NCBI GenBank assembly: GCA_964016885.1
Contig: OZ024746.1
Coordinates: 42,966,001-43,030,000 of the forward strand
Origin: Eledone cirrhosa
Taxonomy: Eukaryota
Direction of reading: 5' to 3'
Length of the DNA stretch: 64,000 bases
Of this stretch, positions 44,189 to 58,207 are shown in pieces; the first letter of the stretch is position 1; each line of letters opens with the position of its first letter. The position numbers and the translations under genes were made by a program. Below the pieces are notes generated by a model. The model searched no databases, was not told where the DNA came from, and saw only the letters and a program-made list of their open reading frames with translations.

Positions 44189-45579
44189 TGTTAGTGAATA
44201 ATCACATATTTATATCCATTATCTCTACTGTTTTATATCTATTATTCTAAATTAGCAAATCTATTAAGATTTATTGTGGTTCTGATATTTTATATTGTAA
44301 AAGTAGTACCATAAGATGTTCTTTTTAACTACAAAATTTTAGAAATTTGCTTTCAGAAATAGTTGATAAAACAATTGAAATTGATCTCATATTCTTGTAT
44401 AAAAGAACAAGTACTTTAGTGGTCTCATTGATTATATAAATATGATTAGTTAAATATCTAAGCATATAGTTTTTAAAAAAACTATGCTACTACTGAAAAT
44501 AAATTGCTGAAACATGTTACTTTTATAAAAAATGTTTTCATTCTATTATGAAGGTTAGTACTGACAAATATAACTTTTCAAATAGTTATATCAGATATCT
44601 GTTTTCAATATTGGATTATAAACATAATCTTTCTATATTTTGGGGATAACATATAAGTTGAATAATATAGATGATAAGAAATTATGTTCTCATCTTTACT
44701 GCAGTTTCTTACTCTTTCAAGCTGATACTATCATAGGTATAATGTTTATATTCTATAATTTGTGTCATGCATTATATACTTTTATCTTAGACATGATTAC
44801 TTTTCATTTATTAAGTAGATGACATCAATATCTTATGTTGATTAAACCACACTTTTACAGTAACTTACAGGGAAATATTTAAAAGTACAAAAAGACACAA
44901 AAAACAAATGTTATTTATCTGATATAATATAGTTCAAATAGAACTATTTTCATTGCCTTAAGAAAAAAATCTTTGAAAAAATTTCATAAACCAGTTTGTT
45001 TTCATAGAAATATTTCTTACAATATTTTTAAATAGTTTCAAACAACTTATGAATACTAAAACTATGAAAGTTGTAGTTGACCATTAAAAAGTGTGACCAG
45101 AGACTGATGAAAGAAAAGATAATAATGTTTAATAGTTTAAAGACATTACTTAAATATTAAGATTTTCTTTTAAAACATTTCTTGTGATTTTTAAAAAATA
45201 TATCATAATATAGTCAAATTAAATTCACCAAAAAGATTTCTATGGAATTTATTCTTTGATGCTAAGAACTTCATAGAATTCCAAAGTCAGGAACTTCAAG
45301 AAATTTCAGTAATGTAATATATACATGGCTTAACTAGTTTGTTTATTTGCTTAAAAAATACAATCAATCATACATAATTTTGACATGTAGATTAAGAAAT
45401 AATATTAAGCTGAGGCAATATTTCTGAGGGTTAAAATGTACTTTTGTAATATTTGTATTTTTGAATGCTTTTTCCATAACAAACAATTTAATTATCTTCA
45501 TTTCATTTTGTAACTATATAGATTTGGTATCTGTTTAAAACTATAAGCAAGTATAACATAGCTGCAGGTCACCGAATGA

Positions 45580-45950
45580 CCTGCAAGTAAAATTTAATAA
45601 ATGAAAACAGTTGAGTGAACTGTTCTTGCTTCTAAGTGATAGACTTAAACTGATGTTTGGTTTAACTCCACCATATAGATCTTGAATGTTTTTATCACAG
45701 TCAACTCTAGTGGAAGATGCAGGCCAGGTTTCTAGCTTCAGAATAACGTTGTCGTTTTCTCCCAAGTATATCTAAGTTATACTCCATGGATGATATGGCA
45801 GAGGTGTTACCATGAAGACTAAACAGCCAGTGATAGATCTTTCAACTGATGGGGTTCCTTTCAAGGGGATATTCCAATTAGGCTGAACAGTCAATAGACC
45901 AAAGGCTAAGGACACCAGTCTCAATAATAACATTGTTCCATACCACAGTT
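45580..45950 (-). pseudogene. Exon relic (boundaries uncertain)
   Basis: GC-richer non-repeat island. YNLDILGRKRQRYSEARN, then a shift to WPASSTRVDCDKNIQ; weakly like hLG.RYG.RPLP..I...EF. Confidence 0.35.
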
Positions 45951-46097
45951 TTAAATAATCATTGTTATTTGAACAACTAATTAATTAATGTGCATTTTAA
46001 TTTAGGAAGAAAAGATACATTAACTATTAATAATTAGAAATAATCATATTTTGAGCATGTATATTTGAGGCACACACACACACACATATTTATATAT

Positions 46098-46100
<3 letters not shown>

Positions 46101-46148
<48 letters not shown>
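46101..46148. repeat. (GA)n microsatellite
   Basis: Read directly from the sequence. Confidence 0.97.
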
Positions 46149-46150
<2 letters not shown>

Positions 46151-46715
46151 AGAAGAATGCAGTGCTGAGACTAGGGAGACCACTAGTCATGGGAGAATTC
46201 AATGCATGGAGATATACAGATTGGGTATAGAGATAGGTAAAATTTTGACACACAAACCGAAAATGCTTAGCGCAGCGGTTGGGATTTTACACATCACCCA
46301 CTCTCTCTCTCTTTATCTCTCTCATATATATATAAACAAAGTTTCTCTAAGTCTGAGGCAGAGCACAAATGTATTAGAATTCATGGAATAATGAGAAAAA
46401 CTCAACACAAGAATATCTGTTAAAACAGAAAAATACCAACAATGAAAGTATCGAATAAAATTTACCTCAAAGGACAGAAATCAACAACTAGAAGTATGTT
46501 GGCCTGCAGAAGCAAGTAGCAAAGAAAGAAAGAAATGAGACAAGATCACACAGCTTTTAACCAATTCAGCTAACAGACCAGCTGTGGTTTCACATGATTA
46601 ATATATGGGGGGGGGGGGGGGAGATAGTGGAGATGGATAAAAATGATAAGCAATGAAAACAATTAAACTTGGGATTATGAATTGAATATTATGACTCAAT
46701 TAAGGATAGACTCAC

Positions 46716-46955
46716 TTGTAAATCTATAGCTATGATATGTGTGGATGAGAATGATGGGCTTTGTTTGATTGTTTCTTGTATTTGAATAAACAACCTCAAA
46801 ATAACTTCATTTATATGCGACCATTCATTGATCCAATGACTGTCTTTTCATAATACTGTCAACAGTATTATGCCGAGAGTTGTTCTGATGCCAGAATATA
46901 TGGCAAAATTTATATTCTTATCCAGCAAAACAACCTTAGGTTCATAAACGAACAT
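46716..46955 (-). pseudogene. 240-nt phase-0 exon relic, DUF4062-like start, single TGA
   Basis: Acceptor ttttgttatgatag and donor gtgagt. MFVYEPKVVLLDKNINFAIYSGIRTTLGIILLTVL*KDSHWINEWSHINEVILRLFIQIQETIKQSPSFSSTHIIAIDLQ. Confidence 0.5.
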
Positions 46956-48833
46956 CTATCATAACAAAATATGAAAATAAAATACATAAAATATTCGACT
47001 CAAGATTAAGTTTAACTGTATTTAGATTTCTGAGTTCCTTCTTTGGTTCAGAAGAAAATACCAACATATATAAAAATCTCACTTTATCTTATTTGACATT
47101 TACTTAAGGATTGTGTCTATATATAGGAAAGACAGTTTCCTGCGGAGATTTGTGGCCTACTAAATCCAGTTATCTAAAAATAAGATAATACAATCATTTA
47201 CTGGTTTCCTGTACTGAAGCAACTTTGAATTTCTCTGCTGAAATTGTTTTAAAGAAATGAAAACAGGAAATACATATATTTTGTACATGCATGAGAAAAA
47301 AAATGAAAACCTATAAACCTATTATCCTTGTCATTTTCATTAAAATCATCATCAGCATCCTTCTTCTGCTTCTTCTTGACTTTCCTCCCCTCCACCAACG
47401 CCCTCCTCCTCCTCAGCTCGCCCCACCAATGCCCCTAACTCCTCCTTCCACTCCTCATCCCATGTCATCTCTCTCCCCCTCCTCCTTCACAAATTACTTC
47501 TATGCTTGTTAATTCTTGATCATATATTTTGAGTAACTTTTCAGACATTTTTAAGAAATTCATATTGTATAGCCAACAGAGCTCAACATATTTCAATCCT
47601 GTCTCTCAAGGCTTATAATCTATACAGCTCATGTTTCAAGTCATTAAAATATATATACACACACACAGAGTGTGTGAGAGAGAGAGAGAGCAAGAGAGAG
47701 AGAGAGAGAGAGAGGGGGGTGTATAAACATGATCACATGATCACAATATGTTTGGCTTGCTGAACAGATTTTGGAGTTGGGTTTATACCTTCCTCTATAC
47801 CCACTCTGCTTTTTCCCAAACAGAGAGTACACCCCTGATTAGTTGTCTCCCCAGTCTCAGCACTGCAGATTCTCTCTCTCTCAAAGGTGCATGTTTAGTA
47901 CATAGAATAATGTACGAATGTCAGGAAAGTGAACAGTGTATCAGTTATGATATACACAGACAGACACATGCATGTGTGTGTTTGGAGGGGGAAAATGAGG
48001 TGTAGTGTTGGGAAATGTTATATTATTTTATATATTTTATAGTTGTATTTGTTTGGCAAGTAACTTGATCTGAGATCATTTGTTAAAACAATTACATTAT
48101 GGAAGAATTATTTTAATCATTCAAAAATACACCAAAAAACCTGTTGAACAGCAAAAACACTAAATGATAAATGTAAAGTGAATTAACAGTTTTTTCAATA
48201 GCTAAAGTGACCCATCCATAATGTAATTTCTCTGGTTTCAACATATGAACTAATATCAAGTCTGTTGTCAGGCTACAACTGTGAAATTTATATAAAATGA
48301 AACAAAAATACTACAGAATTCAGAAATGAATCCTTATTAAAATATGCTATTTTAGCAAAGCATAAATAACTGGGATGGTGGTCAGTTCAATGATGAAATC
48401 TAGGTTGATGTGACTAAGATAATTTAGGCTGGTTTTGAACACAGAAATATGAGATACTTTTCTAAATATCACAATTAATTTAATAATCTATTAAATCCAG
48501 TAGTCTAGAGAGGAAACTATATTTCTTTCATATAACTTGTGCATAAAGTGGAAAAATAAATCATTAAAAGAAATATTCTATTCTCTTTGTGACTAATATA
48601 ATGTTTTGTTTTGTATTAATTATGTAATTTAATAATGTATAATTTAGATTGAGAAGAAGAATTTAAACCCATAATTTCTGGGTAGCCCTCCCAAACCAGT
48701 GAGGTCAATGCATCATGTCATGTCTATAGTGCTTAAAAGTTTAATCAAACGAAACTTATTACCAATTCAAAATATAAAACAAAATTGTTCTTGAAAAAAT
48801 CTTATTTTTAACAGCCAATGTTTTAAATATTAT

Positions 48834-48940
48834 CCCGCCGAGGTTAACTTTGCCTTTCATCCTTACGGGGTCGATAAAATAAAGTACCAGTAATGTACTG
48901 GGTAATTTTCTGGCCTTGTGCCAATAGTAGAAACAATTAT
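48834..48940 (+). mobile_element. 5'-truncated tRNA-SINE (core + tail)
   Basis: CCGCCGAGGTTAACTTTGCCTTTCATCCTTACGGGGTCGATAAAATAAAGTACCAG. Confidence 0.85.
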
Positions 48941-50069
48941 TAAGACTGGCTTCATTTTTTTTTTTACATTATTAATTTAGAAATTTAGGAAATGAAAAGC
49001 AATAGTTAATTAGAAAAACAATGAGTTTCAAATACAATTTTTCTTTTCTTAGAAAAGGTATTTTCTTGATAACAGGAAGAATTATTTGATGAATGAGGAG
49101 TCACATATTAAAATATCTAGATGGCTGAACATAAGCTCAAAAAGAATTGTGGGAGATTGTGAGTTAGATGATTTAATCAAAGGTAAAGAAATGGGAAACC
49201 AAAAGAACTCAGATTTGTTTTTGATACAGAAATGTGAAGTAAAGTGTTTAAAATATTGTGTAGTAATCTAATTGCAGTTAAATTTACATGAATATATTTA
49301 TGTCACTATGAACAAAATCAAAGTAAATTCAAAATATTTACAAACCCTGTGTCATAAACATATATTGTGGTTAATTTCTGTAAAGCATCGTTCTTCCCCA
49401 AAACATTAATACTAAAATTGTTTTAGAATAGTTTTTGTTGTGATTCACAGTTCAAAACCTGAATATTCAGATTCTCAAAGTTAACCAGATTTCTAACAAA
49501 AGATTTTGATATTCGATACACTATTTTGTACTTTTTAGATATACATTTTTCAAATACAGAAGCCTGATTACAACTTTTTCATTTTCTAACTTAGGTTTGC
49601 CATTAAAATATAAATAAAAATTATGAAGTAAACATAAGCCAATGTTGGATTATCTTCTTCTTAAACTATTCAAGATAGAAATGAAATATTCCACAATTTA
49701 CCATCACAAAAAGAGACAAGGGCACATTGGACAAAGCAGTTTTAAATATACAGAAAAAAGCAAGGTGGCTGTTGGAGGAGCTTTAATCATGTCTGTTCAA
49801 TTAAAGCTGCACTTGGGGCTAAGTAAATAACAGCAGCATAAATAGTTATAGCTATATAAAATATCATTGTATTTATTAATATATTTATGTATATATATTG
49901 TTATTAATACAATCTTAGATACCCCTAAACAATGGTGATATTTAAAATGCCTTTGATGATGGACCTATTGGATTTGGACTGCTCTGATCTAAACAACAGC
50001 AACATATATAGTAAATATTATAATGGTGTATCCTGATGTATTGCTTTAGTTCAAAGAGAATATTTTACA

Positions 50070-50830
50070 CTAGCAGAATGGCCCGGCGTTGCTCGGGCTT
50101 CTAAACATAGATTGGCATGTTTATCCCTCCTTTCTGAAACAGTACAGAGAAGTACAGAATACCTCGGCCTGGGGATGGTGTCTACATTTTGTGCTTATAA
50201 AAAAAATTCGTCGTAGATTTACCAGGGGTTTAACTTAATTGGGTGCCTGAGAATAAAATGTTCAACCCACGAAAGCCAAGACGATAGGGTTAAGTAAAAA
50301 GGCATTCGACAAACTGAACATGTATTTGTTGTGCTATGGTACAATGAAAGCAATAGTTACAGAGTAGTAAGCATGTGGGACTGCAGAGAGCATGAAGGAA
50401 TTTAGTTGGATAATTTTAAGGTTACAAAAATCTACCCAATCGTATATAGACCGAACTGTTATATCGGATGCCGAACGCTTCGGAATTACTATTGGGGTCA
50501 CCATCAACAATTTCAAGGGATGTATGTTTAAGTAGGGATAATATAATCTATAAAGAGAGGTAACTCTTTCAAAATACTAAAGAGTTGTCTCTCTTGAACA
50601 TTGTAGACCAAATTGCCGAAATAAACTGACAGAAAGGGCTTAAGTTTTAGTGGAAAAAACGCCTTTAACAACAGAAAATTTAAAAATAAAAGCTGCAGTT
50701 AATATCTTTAGACCACAAGGAATATATAAATGCAAGTTTGAAGTCAATCGGAGTAGAAATGTGGCTTTGTATAGACTTTGCTAAAATTAGGACTCACACA
50801 GACAACTACAGTTTTATATATATGTATAGA
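50070..50830 (-). mobile_element. Non-autonomous Helitron
   Basis: Minus strand reads A|TCTATACATATATATAAAA ... GCCCGAGCAACGCCGGGC hairpin ... CTAG|T; termini resemble those of 32718-33338. Confidence 0.85.
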
Positions 50831-53146
50831 TTACTAAGAAGCATATTTAGTTACTCATTAGAAAAAAATAATGTAGGCTTTTTATTATAGTTATAGATAC
50901 AAAGGGGCTAGTAATTGTTGGAGTTTGCAATTGAAAAAAGAATAATTTCAGTAACAATCAATTGCAAACATGTCTTTTTTTCTTCTAAGATAAGGAGTAT
51001 GCATCAAATACTATGGACACGTAAGTTATATAACCTTCTTCAATTATGATATACAATGGTATACAAGTACATCCTTATGATATATTTTAAAATCTTATAG
51101 CTTAATGGTTATAGTCTATTAAGGAAGATTATTATATACCAGTAATGGACTGGGAAATTGCTGGCCTTGTGCCTAAAGTAGAAACAATTATTATATGCAT
51201 TTTATCAATTCCTCTATTAATAGTTTACAAAATCAATGAAATTGTTTTGTGTTTTTAATTAGCCACACTGCAACTTATAAGTAATTTGAAAAGGCCAAAT
51301 GAATTTGAATAAAATTCAAGAAAAATAAATCATAGTTCCTTATTTCTTATGAAATGTTAATTACTACACATTGACAATCACAGTTATGAAAATGTTCTAA
51401 ATGAAATATTTTAGATTTATTAACATTTACCAAATAACAAAAAGCAGTAATTAAGTATAAGGTTTTTATTATGAAACAATTAGATTTTTAATATTTTCTT
51501 TTTTTCTTTTTAGTACAATGATAATGTCCTACTTATTCAAATGGTATTTAGATATACAAGGATGAAGAAATGGAAATTTTGTAAGATTTATACATTTCCC
51601 ATGGGTGTTATGTATCTTCCATATATAATTAAATAATGTACTTGTACACAACTGAACATGTTAATTGATTTAATGGAAGAAGTTTCAATAGATACTTCTA
51701 TAAAAATGAATAATATGCTCAGTCGTCTAAACGTAGTTTTCCACTATTCACAAAAGATGGGTTTCATAGGCTACATTTTTTTACGTTTTAATAATTATTA
51801 ATTTCAATTCTATTAATTTAATTTATAAAAAAATATTAAAAGTTATGTTTATCTGTCGATCCACACATGATGAACATGCATTACCTAAAAAAAAAAATAT
51901 TTTATAAAAATTCTATAATAGTTTATAGAGTGTTTATTGTCAACTTCTTTAGTTGAACAAATTAAATTCCATTTAGACATTGTTGAATGCTAGTGAAGAA
52001 ATATTGAATTTTCGCACAGTATGACATTTGTTTACTAAGCTGATAATTCCCATTCAAATTATTTCTAGCATTCTATAAGAATTCACATACATTAGAAGAA
52101 ACATAATTAATTGAATTGTCTACATATTCTCCTTTCATGAATTATTTCTTCCAAAACCAAATTAATTCAATAACCTGTTGGTGCAGATCTGTTTCTTAAC
52201 TTCCCTTCCATATCCAGCATAAAGACTATATTTGTCTTCATCCAAAATAAATTTTTCTATAGAATATTATTCTGTTGTTGGAATCTATTATAGAAACAAT
52301 TATTTTAATATGAAGATATTATTCTAAGCAGCTCCTGATACATGTACACAAACACATTTAAATGTATGTATTTATTAGTGAAGTATACCTAAGAAAAGTA
52401 CATGGTTGTATCAGTATATAGCTGTATCTTTCGAAAGATGAGATTAAATAAAAAATGTTATTGGTCACTGAACACAATTATTATAACAAATATGATTTAC
52501 TAAATAAATAAATCAATAGAAATTAATAAAAGAAAAGATAAACAAAATTTCAAGAGGACATGGGCATTAAATTGTATGCAACAACAGGGGATGGTGGAGT
52601 CTCCCCCTAATACTTTTTAGGCAATCCATGACACTTACAGTATTGCCATGGGTGATAGTGAGGTTAAGATATTTGAATAGTCACACAGCCCCACTAGCAT
52701 TACCCAATATTTCAGTAAGGCAAGCTGCCAATCCTGACAGAAACCTCATTGTCAGCAGCTTAGCTCCCTCAAAAATGTGAATGCCACAGGTTGTAAAAAT
52801 AGTTTGCCAATAATTCATGACATCTCAGAATTTAGTTTGTCTGGCAATGGATAAAGTGAGTCCCTGCTATGCTTTGCTTCCTACATCCAAGGTTTAAGAA
52901 GGAGTGAAAGTGTTTCTAACTGTTGAATCCCATATATGTCATCTATCTGTAACCCAGGAGCAAAAGGTCAAACCATTGGGTCTTTTTCCATTAAATCCAG
53001 ACAATGTTGCTGCTTTTTATGCATAAGTCAATCTAAAAGCAAAATATCATGGCAACATGATTTGGAAAATTAATAAATAAATAACAAATATTTCTAGAAT
53101 AAGGCTAAAAATAAAGATGTAAAGCAAAATTAGCCTCCATTTAGTG

Positions 53147-53497
53147 CAGAGTTTCTCAAAATATTTGCCCCCCCCCCCCTCATGGCCACATAATACTTTC
53201 AGCACCCCGACACCTATTTCCAGAAAGACCTGCCTACAGGCAAATTTTAAATAATATATAATGTTAATTTATAAATAATATAACATATACTATGTATAAA
53301 TAAATATTATATATTTTTTTAATTATATTTATATATATATATATTTATATATATTAATATATCATTTGATATTTAATATACTATTATATCATCTCTAATT
53401 CCCCACCCCACTACCACCACATCCTTAGGTCCCAACACCCGCTGGACCTTCTCAATGATTGCCCGGTAGGTGTTAGCATCCACTTTGAGAACCTTTG
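53147..53497. mobile_element. hAT (Charlie-like) MITE
   Basis: TIRs CAGAGTTTCTCAAA / TTTGAGAACCTTTG; 8-bp TSD ATTTAGTG / ATTCAGTG. Confidence 0.8.
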
Positions 53498-54315
53498 ATT
53501 CAGTGTTTAGATACACACAGTTGAGAAATGTTTAATCTAACAGTCAGAGTTTGTTTGATTGATAGCTAGCTCAGAAATTACAGATTCAAACAAAGAATCT
53601 TAAAAGTAACAGAAAAGATTGAGCACCAAAAACTAAATAAAACATTTAATCATTTTTTTAAAGACATGGTTAATAATAATAATAATGTTTCTAAATATAT
53701 CACATAAGCTATGTCACATGCTCAATAAGATATAATGAATTAAAATTTAACATAGATATTTACTTTTAAATCGAACTAACTTAAAAGTAAATAATTATTA
53801 AATTAAAAATTTAAAAGAATCCAGTAAATAGGAAAATAAATCTCTCATTATTGATAGTAAGCATGATATAGACAAACAAATGAACTAGAGTTAAGCTAAC
53901 ATCAATGTTAAAAGCACTTATTTATATATCTTGGTTGAAAACTGGCAATAACAAGCAAATAATGAAGTGATTTTGAAATATAAGTAAAAGGAAAAACAGA
54001 TCCATACACCCACACAAATGTAAACATACCTAAATTAGCAGGAAAACTAAATATGTCTAGATAAGAGCTGTTTACAAGTTGTAAACGTAAAACCTGAATT
54101 ATTATAAACAAAGACGTAAGTACACAACTATGAGAATGAATGCATACACCCACCATTTAGAAAAGGTCTAAATGAATAAACAGAAAACTATATAATTTCT
54201 CCATACTTACAGCAGGGAAAATATACATGAAGTGGGAAATGTAAACACTCTTTGGGGAATCCATCTTCCTTACACTCAAGAATTGAAGCTCAACAAATCC
54301 AAATCGATATTTTAA

Positions 54316-54515
54316 ATAACCCTTTAACATTACTCTATATATAGTATTGTGTTTTTGTAGTAAAAGCTTTACCTCACATAATATCAAATCTACGAGATTT
54401 TGATGCTATTTATTTTGAGAACAATTCCTTAACATCAGTATGAGTGGGCAGTTTGAACAAAAAGAGGTGAGAGAATTCTGGCAGGATATGGCTGGTTTAA
54501 ATGCTAAAGAGTTAA
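54316..54515 (-). mobile_element. piggyBac-like MITE
   Basis: ATAA|CCCTTTAACATT ... AATGCTAAAGAG|TTAA; inverted homologue of 29266-29477. Confidence 0.72.
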
Positions 54516-54541
54516 TAAGAAAAGGAGGTGTAATACATATC

Positions 54542-54675
54542 TAAATCAAGCCAAAATCAGTTTGGTATGAGCAAGACATGGTCACCTGACTGGCATTGCC
54601 CATAACAGAACAACTCGTCTAACCCATGCTAGCATGGAAGAATGCATGTAAAACAGTGATGATAATGATGATGAT
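54542..54675 (+). mobile_element. SINE-like module 3' end with (GAT)n tail
   Basis: Matches 32573-32716. Confidence 0.8.
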
Positions 54676-54719
54676 ACACATGTTGAATACCTTAACATGT
54701 ACCTGTGGCATGTTGGTAT

Positions 54720-55165
54720 GAAAATCAATGCAACCAATAGAACGAAAGTGTTTGTGTCATTCACAATGGCAAGATTCTGCAAGAGATGATCAGTTCAAGT
54801 ATCCAGATATTACTTTCACTGCCACTGCCTAAAGTTAAGGTGAGATTAATGTCCACATATACCATGCTCACTACATCCACTGGCATGGATATGTGTTCTG
54901 CCTCTTGCCAGATCATCCTACCAGAACCTTACTCTCATTCAACACAGCAGCAGTGTGCTAAAAGAGGCCCCATGGTAGGCCCCACACCAGATGGATAGCC
55001 ATGATTAAGGAAGATATCTAGAGGCTCGCTGTTATCTTTGTGAATGATGAAGGGCTGGCACAGTACTGTCAGTGATAGAGGGCACTGGTGAACATGGTCA
55101 GATCTATGCATGATGACACCTCAGGGAATGCTGGCAGTGATGACCCCAGTCCCCTCAAGCAAGAA
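54720..55165 (+). mobile_element. RTE LINE 3' fragment, decayed
   Basis: HWHGYVFCL.PDHPTR....KRPHGRPHTRW.AMIKEDI. Confidence 0.7.
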
Positions 55166-55435
55166 CAATAGATAGGTAGAGATAGATAAATATACCACAG
55201 AAAGCATTCAAAAGATAAAGTCATTTACCATAAAATGTGATCATTCAGATCAAGTATAAGCTAAACTAAAGAAGACATGAAAAAATACTCAGTAAAAATT
55301 AATATATGAGAAGGAAACTAAATAATGTCCATCTTGGAAGCTCTTTATAGCAGAATGGATGCTAAAGGAAATAATTCATCCAAAATATGAATGCTAAAGT
55401 TCATAGACTGCCAGATACCAGTCAATAGATATATA

Positions 55436-55700
55436 ATTCTTCTTCTTTGTCCACTTATCCTTGAGAGGGTCATGGGGCAAAGTCCTCAAACATTTCCTCC
55501 AGCAGGTCTTGTCAGAAGCAACAGACTCCAAATGATCTGGCTGGATCCTCATGCATGACCAGCCAAATTCATGAATGTTATCCAACCATCTTGCTTGGGG
55601 TCTACTCCTGGGTCTCTTGCTGGTTGTTTTTTGCCTGTAAAAACTGTTCAGCGATTCTTTCCTGAGACATTCTAACCATATGCCCACAGCATTGGAGCTA
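55436..55700 (-). mobile_element. Expander/Rex3-like RTE 3' fragment
   Basis: KRPRSRPQARWLDNIHEFGWSCMRIQPDHLESVASDKTCWRKCLRTLP. Confidence 0.8.
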
Positions 55701-56479
55701 TGATCTATAATTATAGTATCAAAGATAATTTCAATAAGTTAATCAAACACAACTAAAGGTACCTGTTGTGGTCTATATATAAGTGTATCCAGCCAGGTAT
55801 AAATAATGAAAATATGTGAAAAGAGTGGTGGAAACAGTAACTATTAGGAACAAAATTAAAACCTAAACTTAAGAATAATAAATATCCATAGTTGAATAAG
55901 CAAGATAAAATTTGATACAAAGGAAAATTATCAAACATAGATGCAGACAAGTGTCAAACATAGATCAAATAATATCAATGTATTGGTAAGCAATACAATA
56001 TATAGGTGTTCAAAGTCAATAGTGAGACAGAATAAAAGTATTGATTGCAAACAGAGAAAAAGTTCACTTCAGAACAACCAAGAGATACACAATAAATAGT
56101 TGGTCAGTAAGTAATGCCCCAGTTAAACATTTAGAATAAGTATAGAACCTGGTCGTGGTAGAGGGAAAAACATAGACCTGGTTATATACAGAAACGAAGC
56201 AGTTAAATTATCAGGATAGTTAACAGGCACTTTGTGTTAGTAAATTTTAAGAATCTTGTGATTTCATGAAGTGATTCTCTTGGACTTTTTATTTAGTAAA
56301 GAGATATTGGTAAAAAGAATTTCAAGTAGATATATGCAAATTACAACAGCTTTTATTTCTAGTATATGATTAATCCTCGCGAAATACTCACATATGTCCT
56401 GACTTGCTGTTAGTTCTACTGAGCGGATGTCATAGCCTCATAGACAACTGGGAGTGTGTTACACTGTTGCTGTAGAGAG

Positions 56480-56990
56480 CATGATTCTGGCTTTCTCACA
56501 TGGAGTTAGAATTAATGTAGTTAAACAATTCTTAGCTCTCTTAGACAAGCGCTTCTGTATAGGGCATAAATACAGATCCGTCTTTAACAGACACAGGGTG
56601 AAAGTCAAATATTTGTGCATTAAAAATATGAAAGACCAACACCAAGAGTGCTCCCTCACCTGGATGCTTTAAAAATTTCTCATCATACTATGTAGAGGTG
56701 AAGCTGTGCATCTGCATTTGACAGTTATCTGACAAGAAACGTTCTGTCAGAGTGTATGGCAGGAAGATGCTAAAAAGAGAAGCACCTCACTCAGAAAACC
56801 AAAGCAACTTAAACGATCAAGTTAGGGTACCAGGAGCAAATTATAATGGGGAATTTAGATCAATATGATGCAATAGGTACCGAATCTAATGTGATATTTC
56901 TATCTTATTTCCTATAGAACTGCACAACAATAACGAACCACATGTATGGATAATTCATTTTGGAACCCATCCATAGTGATTTGTTCCGCC
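56480..56990 (+). mobile_element. Penelope-like element thumb/linker fragment
   Basis: VRINVVKQFLALLDKRFCIGHKYRSVFNRHRVKVKYLCIKNMK matches the PLE TNIGK.FL.LIDKHF...IFNR.TVKVSYSC..NM motif. Confidence 0.8.
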
Positions 56991-57539
56991 TATGTCAAGA
57001 TAGAAAACGATGTAAAATGATAATAACTATATATACATATATATATGTGTGTGTGTGTGTGTGTCTGCACATGTATGTATTGTACATTGAATAATATATG
57101 GTATGTTTATGAAAAAGATATATATATATACATATACAAAGATAGAGAGAGAGAGAAAGGGAGAGAGATAAAGATAGAGAGAGAGAGAGAAAGAAAGAAT
57201 GAAAGAAAGAGAGAGAGAAAGTTAGATGCAAACCTTTCTATAAATATATTGTTTTATACTTCGTGATTATGTTTACATATATCTTAAAATCTGTAAAACT
57301 TGTTTCTCCATTTACACATTCACTAATAATACATGTGTGTACAGCTGTTTGCAAGCAAATATTATAGATCTATTCCTATGTAGAAATGGTGATGTCACAC
57401 GGGTTCATTAAAACAGTATGTCAATTATATTTACATATTTACATACATTGTAAAATGCTGAAATTATGAAAATATTGATTTAGATATTTCAGTCTATAAA
57501 ATTTCAGGTATGCACTAATATATTTTATATCATGTATAA

Positions 57540-57745
57540 CAACTTTGATATAGATACATTCATCATGAAAGAAAACTGCAGCTATTTCTAATATCATCAT
57601 ATATGTAAATTCAATTTTACAGATATAAAATTTGCATATAATTAAGTTTGAAAACTTCATGTTGGGATGAAGGAAAGAAATCAAATGAAAATCATCGTTT
57701 GGCATTAATGTCAACGGAGAAAAGAAGTTCAAGTATTATCAATAA
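57540..57745 (-). pseudogene. Exon relic: winged-helix-like segment
   Basis: Acceptor tttattttaaatcag. NFFSPLTLMPNDDFHLISFLHPNMK...KFYICKIEFTYMMILEIAAVFF resembles L.PYL....DG..hh.WYH.QF...RYL......LA.YF. Confidence 0.4.
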
Positions 57746-57875
57746 CTGATTTAAAATAAAGGTATGATTTTTCTTGAAGACTAAAACAGAAATGGGCATA
57801 AACATAAATCTTTGTTTTCTGCTGATTCTATTTCAGAGGAAAGTTTCTTTTTAAGCATTTCTATATTTAAATGTA

Positions 57876-58207
57876 GGCAGCGAATTGGCAGAGTTGTTAG
57901 AATGTCAGATAGAATTCTTTATGGTATTCATTCCTGTTCTCTGCTCTCTGAGTTCAAATCCTGCCAAGGTCAACCTTGCCTTTCATCCTTTCGAGGTCAA
58001 TAAAAAAAAAGTACTGGTCTAGTACTGGGGTCGATTCTTCCTCTATATCTCTTTCTCATTTCCTCTCTCTCTTTCAATCTTTCTCTGGAAGAAATCTGCT
58101 GTACCCAGGCCTGGAGAGGAGATGGACACTGCCAGGCATAAAATCCTCAAGAAACATTGTATGTCAATACAGGACCCCTACACCTATCAGGAGTTACGGA
58201 ACCATAC
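57876..58207 (+). mobile_element. tRNA-derived SINE with alternative long 3' tail
   Basis: Colinear with 28878-29190. Confidence 0.82.

Noticed and set aside
45580-47175. Short resemblances to pecanex-like PCNX4 (GF.RP, GII..DSH, YGGV.P) and to NAT16-type acetyltransferases
   Set aside because: Motif spacing is incompatible and the other relics give no support; likely chance matches.
47291-47512. Proline-rich 73-aa ORF
   Set aside because: It derives from (CCT)/(CTT) low-complexity sequence.
50420-50520. LEIVDGDPNSNSEAFGI peptide in the Helitron interior, reminiscent of a cadherin repeat
   Set aside because: Too short, followed by a stop, and no other cadherin motifs.
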